This document shows, piece by piece, positions 19,901 through 28,380 of a DNA stretch of 64,000 nt. A program made the translations under genes and the position numbers. The DNA is taken from assembly GCA_900319235.1 (NCBI GenBank), contig ONNR01000002.1, positions 86,517-150,516 of the forward strand. Direction: 5' to 3'. The DNA is from an uncultured Prevotellaceae bacterium. Its GTDB lineage: Bacteria; Bacteroidota; Bacteroidia; Bacteroidales; UBA3663. How positions within the stretch are numbered: position 1 is the first letter of the stretch; each line of letters opens with the position of its first letter. The notes under the pieces were generated by a model. The model made no database searches, had not been told where the DNA came from, and saw nothing but the letters and a program-made list of their open reading frames with translations.

Positions 19901-20099
19901 GAAGAACATCACGGTCGGCTATACCATTCCCGTTCCCAAGCGCTACATCGACAAGCTGCGTATCTATGTCAGCGGTAACGACATTTGGGAAAAGTCGGAT
20001 ATCCTGAAGGTATTTGACCCCGAGTCGGGCAACAATGTAGGCCGTAACTACTATCCCTTCTTCCGTACCTGGTCGTTCGGTGTGAATGTAACTTTATAA
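16962..20099 (+). CDS. SusC/RagA-family TonB-linked outer membrane protein
   Basis: CarboxypepD_reg-like N-terminus (FRGKVLDASTREPLIGVSVLEKGTTNGVVTDVDGNF), plug (VVVIGYGVQKKVNLSGAV), and a 1045-aa barrel ending FGVNVTL. Confidence 0.97.
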   Translation: MKQKTLSLECMRLMLIGCIMFLLDVGLFAQSSQTFRGKVLDASTREPLIGVSVLEKGTTNGVVTDVDGNFVIHNVKSGATITFSYVGYSTQEILATRIGNTVLLEEDDKTLNEVVVIGYGVQKKVNLSGAVSAVDGDKLAAKPSSDVLSAMQGEMPGVAVLRSSGEPGSETSGMRIRGFSSVNATSALVLIDGIEGDLGLLNADDIESISVLKDASACAIYGARAASGVVLVTTKSGSEGKPKVSYNGYYAVNMPGNMPERLPAWEEQQWINIGRYNAGGAYEWNKEKTTWVANPNFNYYPNNNNGRWEQFTATNWVDEGTKDWAGQTNHSISVSGGSKNINYLISGNYYFKDGMLKYAKNNNTRVNLHAKLHAELNKYLSLGINVQYQSKKNNAPSSGAGSVLNTMYGARARQLLWQPEETPNYDAQPYSGDLQVNPIDILKNGGTNESLYEAFLGKGELTIKNLVKGLTVNLSASRRAGYYTQRSERHWLAWYAMNGTTIRQQTNNPNSLYRQKNNDYHDQFEATVNYTLEAGQHNFQVLAGTSYENYRKDQFDATARNMNSNDFYSFNYYDASEASNTTLGDLIQPWSMMSYFGRINYNFAERYLLEANIRYDGSSRLAPEKRWKAFPSVSAAWRVNQEPWFKLDWVSNLKLRASWGQLGNGAVLGLYDYIATISQSTTYITEKSYYQSQLASKDKTWETIETTNLGVDLGLFNSRLNATFDYYWKYNNDMLSNLQLPHTIGIGVPAVNIGKLKTWGWEFEIKWNDRIGDFSYQVAFNLSDSKNELVEYDGADVITAGTRQLIEGYPLNTIWGYTTDGYWSSKEEYEQYKQDHPGYKSFSDGKIGAGDVKFLTLPDKDGSINHQVGAGDGTKENHGDLVYLGDTNGRYLYGINLSAKWKGFDVAVMFQGVAKRKLLIDTEAISPFGRTHQMPWTIHRDYWTPENTDAYWPRLYNYNGDMFNFQPSDKWVQDASYLRLKNITVGYTIPVPKRYIDKLRIYVSGNDIWEKSDILKVFDPESGNNVGRNYYPFFRTWSFGVNVTL

Positions 20100-20149
20100 G
20101 CCATGAGCCATAAGTTTTGAGTTGTAATCAAGCTTTTTTAGAAAACAGT

Positions 20150-21826
20150 ATGAAACGATATATATTCAAATCAATATATGCAGCCGGCATCGTATGCGGC
20201 ATGATGTCGCTTACCAGTTGCGAACTGGACCGACTGCCCGAGACCACACTCGCCGACAACACCTTCTGGCAGAGTGAGACCGACCTGCGTGGTGCCTGCA
20301 ACAAGTTGTATGTCGACCTTCCGGGCTTCTCGCACGACACCCGTGCCGACGACATCATCGGAACCGCAGCCAATGCTACCTCAAGCGGCAGCTGGAGCAT
20401 CCCTGCCACTTCAGGCGATTGGACCAACGCCTACCAGAAGATCTTCGTGTGCAACAACATCATCGAGAAGGGCGGCAATGCCCCGCTCACCGATGCCCAG
20501 AAGAACCGCTGGCTGGCCGAAGCCTACTTCTTCCGTGCCTTCCATTTCTTCGACCTTGTGAAGAAATATGGCGATGTGCCCCTGATCCTGAAGGCCTTCG
20601 ACTCGACCAGCGATCCCGACATTAAGATGGGACGCACGCCCCGCGAACAGGTGATCCAGCAGTGCTATGCCGACCTGAAGTTTGCTGAGGAATATCTGCC
20701 CGAAATCGACCAGGTGAGCAGTGCTGCCGACTGGGGACGTGTCTCGAAGAGCGCAGCCCTTGGTCTGATGGTACGCATCGGACTTTACGAGGGTACCTTC
20801 TCGAAGTATCACAATCTGGGCGGTGACTACAAGTCGCACCTCAAGGTGAGCATCGATGCTGCCGAGCGTCTCATCCAGAGCGGCAAGCACGACCTCTATC
20901 CCGACTTCCAGAAACTCTTCTACTTCGATGGCGAAGGTCGCCAGAACAAGGAGAACGTCTTCGTGAAGATCTATGGTCCCAACGGTGACGGTGCTGTCAT
21001 CACCCACAACAATTCGCGTGGTATGGAGAACGCTGTCAGCGTAACTCGCCAGACCATCGACCAGATACTCTATACCGACGGTCTGCCTCGTGAGAAGACC
21101 ACGTTGAAGGTGGAGGAAACCCACCACAACGATGTGTTCATCAACCGCGACCCACGTATGGCAATGACCTTCTACCAGAAGGACGAGGAAGCCTACAAGG
21201 CCGGCTACAACCCCTTCGGCAACCAGCACGGCAATGGCTACGGTCTGAAGAAGGGATTCATGCTCGAAGAGTGGAACACCACCAACAAGGAGACTGTCGA
21301 CAAGATGATCATCCGCTATGCCGAAATCCTCATCTCCTACGCCGAGGCGCTCTATGAGTACAACGGCCAGATCACCGATGCCCAGCTGAATGCCACCGTC
21401 AACAAGGTGCGCCATCGTTCAGGCTTCGAGGCTTTGCTGACCAACGCTTTCTGTGCTGCCAACGGCCTGGATATGCTCCAGGAGATCCGTCGCGAACGCC
21501 TTGTGGAGTTCATCGACGAGAACCTGCGCTACAACGACATCATCCGTTGGAAGATTGCCGAAAAGGTGCTGCCACAGACTATGCTCGGACTGAAGTACAA
21601 CGATGCCGACAACCTGAGCACCCAGCGTGAGAACATCGAGAGCCGTCTGACCGATGAGAACGGTATGTTCAATGGTCGCAAGGTGGCCGATCAGGGTGGT
21701 ATCTACGTGATCGAAGACGCTGCCAACCGCACTTTCAATGCCGCCAAGGACTACTATTACCCCATTCCTACCTACGAGATTGCCACATCGGAAGGCAGCG
21801 TGGTGCAGAACCCGGGATGGAATTAA
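20150..21826 (+). CDS. SusD/RagB-family nutrient-binding lipoprotein
   Basis: ATG at 20150, lipobox LTSC, TPR-like body (WLAEAYFFRAFHFFDLVKKYGDVPL), and a C-terminal YYYPIPTYEI...NPGWN. Confidence 0.95.
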   Translation: MKRYIFKSIYAAGIVCGMMSLTSCELDRLPETTLADNTFWQSETDLRGACNKLYVDLPGFSHDTRADDIIGTAANATSSGSWSIPATSGDWTNAYQKIFVCNNIIEKGGNAPLTDAQKNRWLAEAYFFRAFHFFDLVKKYGDVPLILKAFDSTSDPDIKMGRTPREQVIQQCYADLKFAEEYLPEIDQVSSAADWGRVSKSAALGLMVRIGLYEGTFSKYHNLGGDYKSHLKVSIDAAERLIQSGKHDLYPDFQKLFYFDGEGRQNKENVFVKIYGPNGDGAVITHNNSRGMENAVSVTRQTIDQILYTDGLPREKTTLKVEETHHNDVFINRDPRMAMTFYQKDEEAYKAGYNPFGNQHGNGYGLKKGFMLEEWNTTNKETVDKMIIRYAEILISYAEALYEYNGQITDAQLNATVNKVRHRSGFEALLTNAFCAANGLDMLQEIRRERLVEFIDENLRYNDIIRWKIAEKVLPQTMLGLKYNDADNLSTQRENIESRLTDENGMFNGRKVADQGGIYVIEDAANRTFNAAKDYYYPIPTYEIATSEGSVVQNPGWN

Positions 21827-21833
21827 TCCGTTC

Positions 21834-21858
21834 AATTAACAATTAATAATTAACAATT
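21834..21858. repeat. AT-word element, copy 2
   Basis: Exact 25-mer beginning 8 nt after the SusD stop. It continues into the palindrome AACAATTGTT. Confidence 0.9.
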
Positions 21859-21916
21859 AACAATTGTTGGTTTGAACAGAACAAATTCCTACAGTAGAAG
21901 GTATCGTCCTGTGTTT

Positions 21917-21961
21917 CCCTTTTACTCCCCTTTTACTCCTTTTTTACTCCCCTTTTACTCC
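21917..21961. repeat. Four tandem copies of a CCTTTTACTCC-type 11-12-nt word
   Basis: cccttttactcc ccttttactcc ttttttactcc ccttttactcc, ending 23 nt before the lipoprotein ATG. Confidence 0.85.
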
Positions 21962-21984
21962 AAATAAAAACAATATTTCGAAAT

Positions 21985-22596
21985 ATGAAACGTTATATGA
22001 ATAAGTTCGCGCTGGCAATGGCCATGGTGATGGGCCTTTCGACGCTCACCTCTTGTGAGGACGACGAATGGGGCAACGACAATCCCGACTATCAGAATGT
22101 GTTCATCGTAGCCTTTGCCGATTGGGGACCCAAGAGCAACAACGACAAGACCTATACGGTCAACCAGGGCAGCCAGCAGGTTGTGCCCGTACAGTTGTGG
22201 TGCGAAGGCACGCGCAGTTTCGATGCCCAGGCTTTCGTCTATGCCGATAGCAAACTGACGCTCGGTGTCGACTATCAGGTGACGGATGCCAGCGGCAACG
22301 TCCTTCAGCAGGATGGCAACGGTGCCTGGGTATTGACCTGGGATCTCCGTTCGCCCGATAACACCAACAACCATCGCGTGCAGGAACTCTATGTGAAGGC
22401 GCTCAATGGTGCCACCGGCGACGTGACGCTGATGACCTTCGACCCCAAGGATGTGGATGCCGATGGCAAACTGCGCATTTCGAACGGTGGAACGAAAGAC
22501 GACGATACCGAGTACTATGTACCCAACAACAAGACATCGGAGTACGAGGTGCGTTGCATCACTGTAAACTACAAGGTTAAAGTAACCATCAAATAA
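21985..22596 (+). CDS. PUL-encoded surface lipoprotein of unknown function
   Basis: Lipobox LTSC, 203 aa, beta-rich. It occupies the position after SusD that is typical of surface glycan-binding proteins. Confidence 0.75.
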   Translation: MKRYMNKFALAMAMVMGLSTLTSCEDDEWGNDNPDYQNVFIVAFADWGPKSNNDKTYTVNQGSQQVVPVQLWCEGTRSFDAQAFVYADSKLTLGVDYQVTDASGNVLQQDGNGAWVLTWDLRSPDNTNNHRVQELYVKALNGATGDVTLMTFDPKDVDADGKLRISNGGTKDDDTEYYVPNNKTSEYEVRCITVNYKVKVTIK

Positions 22597-22607
22597 CTTT
22601 AGGGTTT

Positions 22608-24947
22608 ATGAGGATTCATAAGTTAGTTGGTCTATTCCTCCTTCTTTTGCCCGTAGCGATGGCGGGGGCGCAGTCCATCTGGGACGGCGCTCACCTCGCT
22701 CGGGTGAAAGCCTCGCTGGAACAGCCGGCCTACGCCACAGCCTATCGTCATCTTCTCGACGAGGCCGAGAGCGAATTGCAGCGCCAGCCGCTTTCGGTGA
22801 TGATGAAGGAGAAGGTGCCGGCCAGTGGCGACAAGCACGACTACCTCAGTCTGAGCCGCTACTACTGGCCCGATCCGACCAAGCCCGACGGACTGCCCTA
22901 CATCGCTCGCGACGGTGTGTCGAATCCCGAACTGGAACTCCTCGACCGTCCGAAACTGGCGCTGATGGCCAATGGGGTCACCACCCTCTCGCTGGCTTGG
23001 TATTTCAGCGGCGATGAGCGTTATGCCCGAAAGGCAGCCGAACTGCTGAGAGTATGGTTCCTCGACAAGGACACAAGGATGAATCCGAATCTGAACCATG
23101 CCCAGATTGTGCCCGGTAAGTTCAATGGCAGGGGACGCTGCTACGGGGTTATCGATGCCTACTCGTTTGTCGAGATGCTCGATGCCGTGCAACTGCTCGA
23201 AGGTTCGAAGGCCTTTACCGCCAAGGATGCCAAGGCGCTCCGGAAATGGTTTGCCGAGTTCCTCCATTGGATTCTGACCAGCGAACAGGGCATCGAGGAA
23301 GGAAACCAGCGCAACAACCACGCCACTGCCCACGATGTGCAGGTCATCGCCTACGCAAAATTTGTGGGCGACAAGAAGGTGATGGAGGAATATCTGTCGC
23401 AGTTCTACGAGAAGCGCATGCTGACGCAGATCGAGCCCGACGGCAAGCAGCCCAACGAGTTGCGCCGCACGTTGGCCTTCGGTTACTCGCAGTACAACAT
23501 GACGCACATCATCGACGTCTTCCAGCTGGCACGACAGGCAGGCTATCAGCCCGAGGGCATGGACCTGCTCGAGAAAGCCGCCGACTTCCTTGCCCCGTAT
23601 ATGGGCAGAAAGGTGGAGGAGTGGCCCTACCAGCAGATCAGCGAGTGGGACTTCAAGCAGAACGAACTAGCCAAGGACCTCTATCGTCTCTACCTGCTCG
23701 AACCCGAGCGCACCGACTACCTGCAGTTGGCCAAGGACAACGTCATCCGTCGTTTTGCCGATCGTTTCTTCCTGCTCTACTATACGCCCGACCTCACCGA
23801 CAATGCCTTTGCCCGAGCTGACGTGCAGTTGCGCTACCAGCTCAGCCAGGCAAACAAGATACGCAAGGACCGCAAGGACTGGTCGTTGATGCCACGTTGC
23901 GTGGAGAAGAACGGCGATTTGCGTATGGTGCGTCAGCCCGACTGGTGCTGCGGATTCTTTGGTGGCGAACTGTGGCATATGTACCAGTATTCGCACGATC
24001 CCTTCTGGCGTCAGCAGGCGGTCAGCAACACCTGGCCCATCGAACCGGTGAAGAACCATGGAGGAAGCCACGACCTGGGCTTCATGGTCTATAACACGTT
24101 CGGCAAGGCCTGGGAACTGACGGGCGAGCAGTCCTATCGCGACGTTGTCGTGAAGGCTGCCAAGACGCTCATCACTCGTTACGACGACCGTGTGGGTTGC
24201 ATTCGCAGTTGGAGTTGGGGCACGCCCGACCGATGGAAGTTCGCTGTCATCATCGACAACATGATGAACCTCGAACTGCTTTTCGAGGCATCACGCATCA
24301 CGGGCGACAAGCGCTACTACAACATTGCCGTTTCGCATGCCAACACTACCATGCGCAATCATTTCCGCGAGGACTATTCCTCCTATCATGTGGTGGACTA
24401 TAATCCCGAGGATGGCAGCGTCATCAAGCGCATCACCCACCAGGGTCTCTTCGACGAGTCGGTATGGAGTCGTGGTCAGGGCTGGGGTCTCTATGGCTTC
24501 ACGATGTGCTATCGCTATACCCACGACAAGGCCTACTTGGAGCAGGCGCAGAAGATTGCCGCATTCTGGATGTCACAGCCCGACATGCCCGACGACCTGG
24601 TTCCCTATTGGGATATGCGCGACCCTGCCATCAAGACCGGCGTTGGTCCTGCCCAGGACGGTGGATGCCCTCGCGATGCTTCGACAGCGGCCATCATCGC
24701 CTCGGCGCTCTACGAACTGGCAACTTATGTCGATGCCGACACCGCAGCTGCTTATCGCAGCTATGCCGACCGCGTGCTCCATTCATTGGAGACCAGCTAT
24801 CAGCCCGCACCGCGCACCGCACAGGGCTTCCTCCTGCTGCACGCCACGGGCAACTATCCCGCCGGTGACGAGATCGACGTCCCCATCAACTATGCCGACT
24901 ACTATTACCTCGAGGCGCTGCATAGAAGAGACGAGATGAATAAATGA
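22608..24947 (+). CDS. Fusion protein: alginate-lyase-fold polysaccharide lyase (N) + GH88 unsaturated glucuronyl hydrolase (C)
   Basis: Signal peptide present. N-terminal half: YWPDPTKPDGLPYIARDGVSNPE, QRNNHATAH, RRTLAFGY. C-terminal half: GFFGGELWHMY, IIDNMMNLELLF, SRGQGWGLYGF. Confidence 0.8.
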   Translation: MRIHKLVGLFLLLLPVAMAGAQSIWDGAHLARVKASLEQPAYATAYRHLLDEAESELQRQPLSVMMKEKVPASGDKHDYLSLSRYYWPDPTKPDGLPYIARDGVSNPELELLDRPKLALMANGVTTLSLAWYFSGDERYARKAAELLRVWFLDKDTRMNPNLNHAQIVPGKFNGRGRCYGVIDAYSFVEMLDAVQLLEGSKAFTAKDAKALRKWFAEFLHWILTSEQGIEEGNQRNNHATAHDVQVIAYAKFVGDKKVMEEYLSQFYEKRMLTQIEPDGKQPNELRRTLAFGYSQYNMTHIIDVFQLARQAGYQPEGMDLLEKAADFLAPYMGRKVEEWPYQQISEWDFKQNELAKDLYRLYLLEPERTDYLQLAKDNVIRRFADRFFLLYYTPDLTDNAFARADVQLRYQLSQANKIRKDRKDWSLMPRCVEKNGDLRMVRQPDWCCGFFGGELWHMYQYSHDPFWRQQAVSNTWPIEPVKNHGGSHDLGFMVYNTFGKAWELTGEQSYRDVVVKAAKTLITRYDDRVGCIRSWSWGTPDRWKFAVIIDNMMNLELLFEASRITGDKRYYNIAVSHANTTMRNHFREDYSSYHVVDYNPEDGSVIKRITHQGLFDESVWSRGQGWGLYGFTMCYRYTHDKAYLEQAQKIAAFWMSQPDMPDDLVPYWDMRDPAIKTGVGPAQDGGCPRDASTAAIIASALYELATYVDADTAAAYRSYADRVLHSLETSYQPAPRTAQGFLLLHATGNYPAGDEIDVPINYADYYYLEALHRRDEMNK

Positions 24948-25099
24948 GGGTTAAGAAAGGTTCGAGATGTTAAGAAAGGTTGTTACGCTTCGCTCCACGC
25001 GAGCAGAGCTCGGAGCGAAAGGTTGTTAACCCCTCTTAACCCCTCACCCCCCCTCGAACCCCTCTTAACCCTTCGAACCCCTCTTAACCTCTCCTAACC
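24948..25099. repeat. Structured intergenic word element (GGTTAAGA / TCTTAACC arms around a central hairpin)
   Basis: It fills the whole gap between the lyase/GH88 stop and the GH2 ATG. There is a 17/19 inverted repeat (24948-24966 vs 25053-25071), a central hairpin TTCGCTCC...GGAGCGAA (24989-25019), and a right arm of six C3-7 tracts with 3-6-nt spacers. Confidence 0.85.
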
Positions 25100-27343
25100 A
25101 TGACCAAATTGTGTGTGCTTTGTTTTTCGACCTGTGTGCTGGCTGCGACAGCTGGCGCACAGGTCAATTTGTCCCAATGGCAATTCGTTCGCACCGACAT
25201 GGCAAACGTCTGGGAGGTGGAGCGTCCCGTGAAGGAAGGGAAACCTGAAAGCGTCCCGTTGTGGCAGGACGTCACGCTTCCCCATTGCTATAATGCCGAA
25301 GATGGTGTCGATCCCGACGTGAACTACTATCAGGGCGCTGCCTGGTATCGCACCACCATCGAGGTCGCGAATCCCTATGCTGGCGGGCATACCTTGCTGG
25401 AGTTCGAAGGGGCAGGCCAGAAGACGCAGGTCTATGTCGATGGCCGTCTGATGGGTTCGCACGTCGGCGGTTACGACCGTTGGACGGTCGATATCTCCGA
25501 AGTCGGCAACGGCCGACATCCCATTGCCGTGCGTTGCGACAACAGTCGTGATGTGGAGATGATTCCTTCCGACATGAGCGACTTCTGCCTTTATGGAGGA
25601 CTCTATCGCCCCGTTCATCTGGTGTATCTGCCCGAGCGCTACATCAGCGATGTTCGCATCGATGTGGAAGGCGACAAGGTAAGTGTGAAAACTTCGCCAT
25701 CGAATCTCGGGGAAGTTAGTTGCAGCATCGTGTCTCCCGATGGAAAGACTGTCTATGAAGGCGGCATCGGTCAGCCCATCCGCATCAGGAAACCTGTGTT
25801 GTGGGATGTGGATTCACCATCGCTCTATACGCTTCGCATCACTTTTGGCCAACAGGTCATCGAGCGTCGCTTTGGCTTCCGCATTTATGAGTTTCGTGAG
25901 CATGGACCCTTCTTCCTCAATGGTCGTCGTCTGCTCTTGAAGGGTACACATCGCCATGAGGACCATGCCGGAGTGGGTGCCGCTATGACCGATGAGCAGA
26001 TCCGACAGGAGATGCAGCAGATCAAGGACATGGGCGCCAACTTCATCCGTTTGGGACATTACCAGCAGCGCGACCTTGTGCTCGACCTCTGCGACTCGCT
26101 TGGCATTCTCGTGTGGGAAGAGATTCCCTGGTGTCGTGGTGGAGTAGGGGGAGAAGAATATCAGCAGCAGGCTCATCGGATGCTCGAAAACATGATAACT
26201 CAGCATAGTCATCATCCGAGCATCATCCTCTGGGGACTCGGCAACGAAAATGACTGGCCGGGCGATTTCTCTACCGTCATCGATACGGTGGGTATCCGTT
26301 CGCTGATGACTTCGCTCAACGATCACGCTCATCAGCTCGATCCCCAGCGAAAGACGGTCATTCGTCGCTGCGACTTCTGTGCCGACATCGTCGATATCTA
26401 TTCGCCGTCGATTTGGGCAGGTTGGTACAGCCGAAGCTTCACCGATTATTGCGAGATGGAAGAGGCTGCCATCGCCCGCTTCCCCCATTTCCTGCATGCC
26501 GAATGGGGAGGCGATAGTCATGCGGGCCGACACGCCGAGTCGGGATTCGACATCGAGGTCGGTGACAAGAAAGGCGACTGGTCGGAGAGCTACATCGTCC
26601 GTCTCTTCGACTGGCATCTGAAGGAACAGGCCAGGATGCCCAACCTGACGGGATCGGCATTCTGGACCTTCAAGGATTTCTGCACCCCGCTGCGTCCCTT
26701 GAATCCTATTCCTTACGTCAACCAGAAGGGCGTCGTGCAGCGCGATGGCACGCCCAAGGAGAGTTATTACGTGTTCCAAAGCTATTGGGCAAGCCAGCCG
26801 ATGCTCCATATCTACGGACATTCCTGGCCTGTGCGTTGGGGCGAGGAAGGCGAACCCCGTGAGGTCCTCGTCTATTCCAATCAGCCCGAGGTGGAGCTCT
26901 TTGTCAATGGCCAGTCGGTAGGCAAACGAAAGCGCAACATCGAGGACTATCCCGCCCAGGGCTTCCATTGGAGCGTCGTCCTGCAACGAGGCACCAACAC
27001 CATCAAGGCCGTCGCCAAGGATCTGTCCGACGAAATCACCTTCGAATATCAGACCGCACATTGGGGAAAGCCTGCCGAAGTGCGACTCACGCGCATTGCC
27101 CCCGACCTGATAGAGGCCCAGCTCTACGATGCCAATGGCATCCGTTGTCTCGATAGCAGCGACTGGATTGAGTTCTCGATTGCCGGCGATGGCGAATTGC
27201 TCGTCAACCAGGGCACCGCCACAGGCTCTCGTCGCATCCAGGCTGCCAATGGTCGAGCCACCATTCGTCTTCGCAGCCTTACAGGTCCCTGCTTCGTGGG
27301 AGCCAGGTGTGACGGCCTTCCAAGCGCTTTGATACATTTATAA
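25100..27343 (+). CDS. GH2-family glycoside hydrolase (beta-galactosidase/beta-glucuronidase type)
   Basis: Signal peptide, sugar-binding domain (LLEFEGAGQKTQVYVDGRLMGSHVGGY), and TIM barrel (NFIRLGHYQQ, WGLGNEN, HAEWGGDS). Confidence 0.9.
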   Translation: MTKLCVLCFSTCVLAATAGAQVNLSQWQFVRTDMANVWEVERPVKEGKPESVPLWQDVTLPHCYNAEDGVDPDVNYYQGAAWYRTTIEVANPYAGGHTLLEFEGAGQKTQVYVDGRLMGSHVGGYDRWTVDISEVGNGRHPIAVRCDNSRDVEMIPSDMSDFCLYGGLYRPVHLVYLPERYISDVRIDVEGDKVSVKTSPSNLGEVSCSIVSPDGKTVYEGGIGQPIRIRKPVLWDVDSPSLYTLRITFGQQVIERRFGFRIYEFREHGPFFLNGRRLLLKGTHRHEDHAGVGAAMTDEQIRQEMQQIKDMGANFIRLGHYQQRDLVLDLCDSLGILVWEEIPWCRGGVGGEEYQQQAHRMLENMITQHSHHPSIILWGLGNENDWPGDFSTVIDTVGIRSLMTSLNDHAHQLDPQRKTVIRRCDFCADIVDIYSPSIWAGWYSRSFTDYCEMEEAAIARFPHFLHAEWGGDSHAGRHAESGFDIEVGDKKGDWSESYIVRLFDWHLKEQARMPNLTGSAFWTFKDFCTPLRPLNPIPYVNQKGVVQRDGTPKESYYVFQSYWASQPMLHIYGHSWPVRWGEEGEPREVLVYSNQPEVELFVNGQSVGKRKRNIEDYPAQGFHWSVVLQRGTNTIKAVAKDLSDEITFEYQTAHWGKPAEVRLTRIAPDLIEAQLYDANGIRCLDSSDWIEFSIAGDGELLVNQGTATGSRRIQAANGRATIRLRSLTGPCFVGARCDGLPSALIHL

Positions 27344-27364
27344 TATTAGTAAAAATCAATGAAG

Positions 27365-27393
27365 ACGCGACATCCGAAGGTGTCGTGTTTTTT
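27365..27393 (+). terminator. Intrinsic terminator after GH2
   Basis: ACGCGACA-TCCGAAGG-TGTCGTGT followed by a T-run. Confidence 0.7.
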
Positions 27394-27495
27394 GTTTTTA
27401 CACATTTCCAAAGATTTTGTCAGCCCCTGTATTACACATTTCCAAAGATTTTCATTTTTTCCCCCGAAAAATTTGGAGAGAGCAAACAAAATGAT

Positions 27496-27503
27496 TATCT
27501 TTG
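27496..27503 (+). promoter_or_regulatory. -7 promoter box (TATCTTTG)
   Basis: 46 nt upstream of the ATG at 27550. Confidence 0.5.
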
Positions 27504-27549
27504 CACCGCTTATTGACAAATAGCATTTGTAACAAGATAGAATATTGAC

Positions 27550-28362
27550 ATGAAAAGGAATCTTTTGACCCTACTCTTTTGCCTTTTTACTGCATTTGCC
27601 TGCATGGCACAGTGGCAAGGCAAGCGTTGCGCCTTCCTGGGCGATTCGATGACCGACCCCAACAATCGTGCCGCCAATTACCACTACTACGACTACCTGC
27701 GCGATTCGCTCGGCATCGAGCCGCGCGTCTATGCCCGAAGCGGCCACCAGTGGCACCAGATACTCGAGAAGGCGAAGCTGATGCAGCAGACCGACAGCAC
27801 CACCATCGATGCCATCTTCATCTGGGCTGGCACCAACGACTATAACCACGGCATCCCCATCGGCCAATTCTTCACCGAACGCGATACCATCTGCAACCGC
27901 AACGGCAAGATGGTGGCTGCCCGTCATCGCGAGTGGTGTATGAACGACACGACCTTCTGCGGCCGCATCAACATGTGTCTCTCCTGGCTCAAGCACAACT
28001 ACCCGACCAAGCAGATTATCGTGATGACGCCCATCCATCGTGCCTATGCCAACTTCAGCGATCCTGCCAACAATAAGTTCAACGTGCAGCCCGATGAGGA
28101 CTTCACCAACGTGCAGGGACACTACATCGAGGAGTATATGGAAGTGCTGCGCCAGGCTTGCCAGTATTGGGCTGTGCCCTGCATCGACCTCTATCGCGAC
28201 TCGGGCCTCTTCCCGATGGAACCTGAGCACGGCGTGTACTTCGCCGAGCCTGAGGCGAAGCCCGAGACTGTTCGCTACGACCGCCTGCATCCCAACAATG
28301 CCGGCCACATCCGCTTGGGCAAGACCATCGAGGCACACCTCCGCGCGCTGCCTTGCTTATAA
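27550..28362 (+). CDS. SGNH/GDSL-family hydrolase (esterase)
   Basis: Signal peptide, block I FLGDSMTD, block III WAGTNDY, block V DRLHPNNAGH. Confidence 0.85.
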   Translation: MKRNLLTLLFCLFTAFACMAQWQGKRCAFLGDSMTDPNNRAANYHYYDYLRDSLGIEPRVYARSGHQWHQILEKAKLMQQTDSTTIDAIFIWAGTNDYNHGIPIGQFFTERDTICNRNGKMVAARHREWCMNDTTFCGRINMCLSWLKHNYPTKQIIVMTPIHRAYANFSDPANNKFNVQPDEDFTNVQGHYIEEYMEVLRQACQYWAVPCIDLYRDSGLFPMEPEHGVYFAEPEAKPETVRYDRLHPNNAGHIRLGKTIEAHLRALPCL

Positions 28363-28380
28363 TAATAGTACCAATATTTC

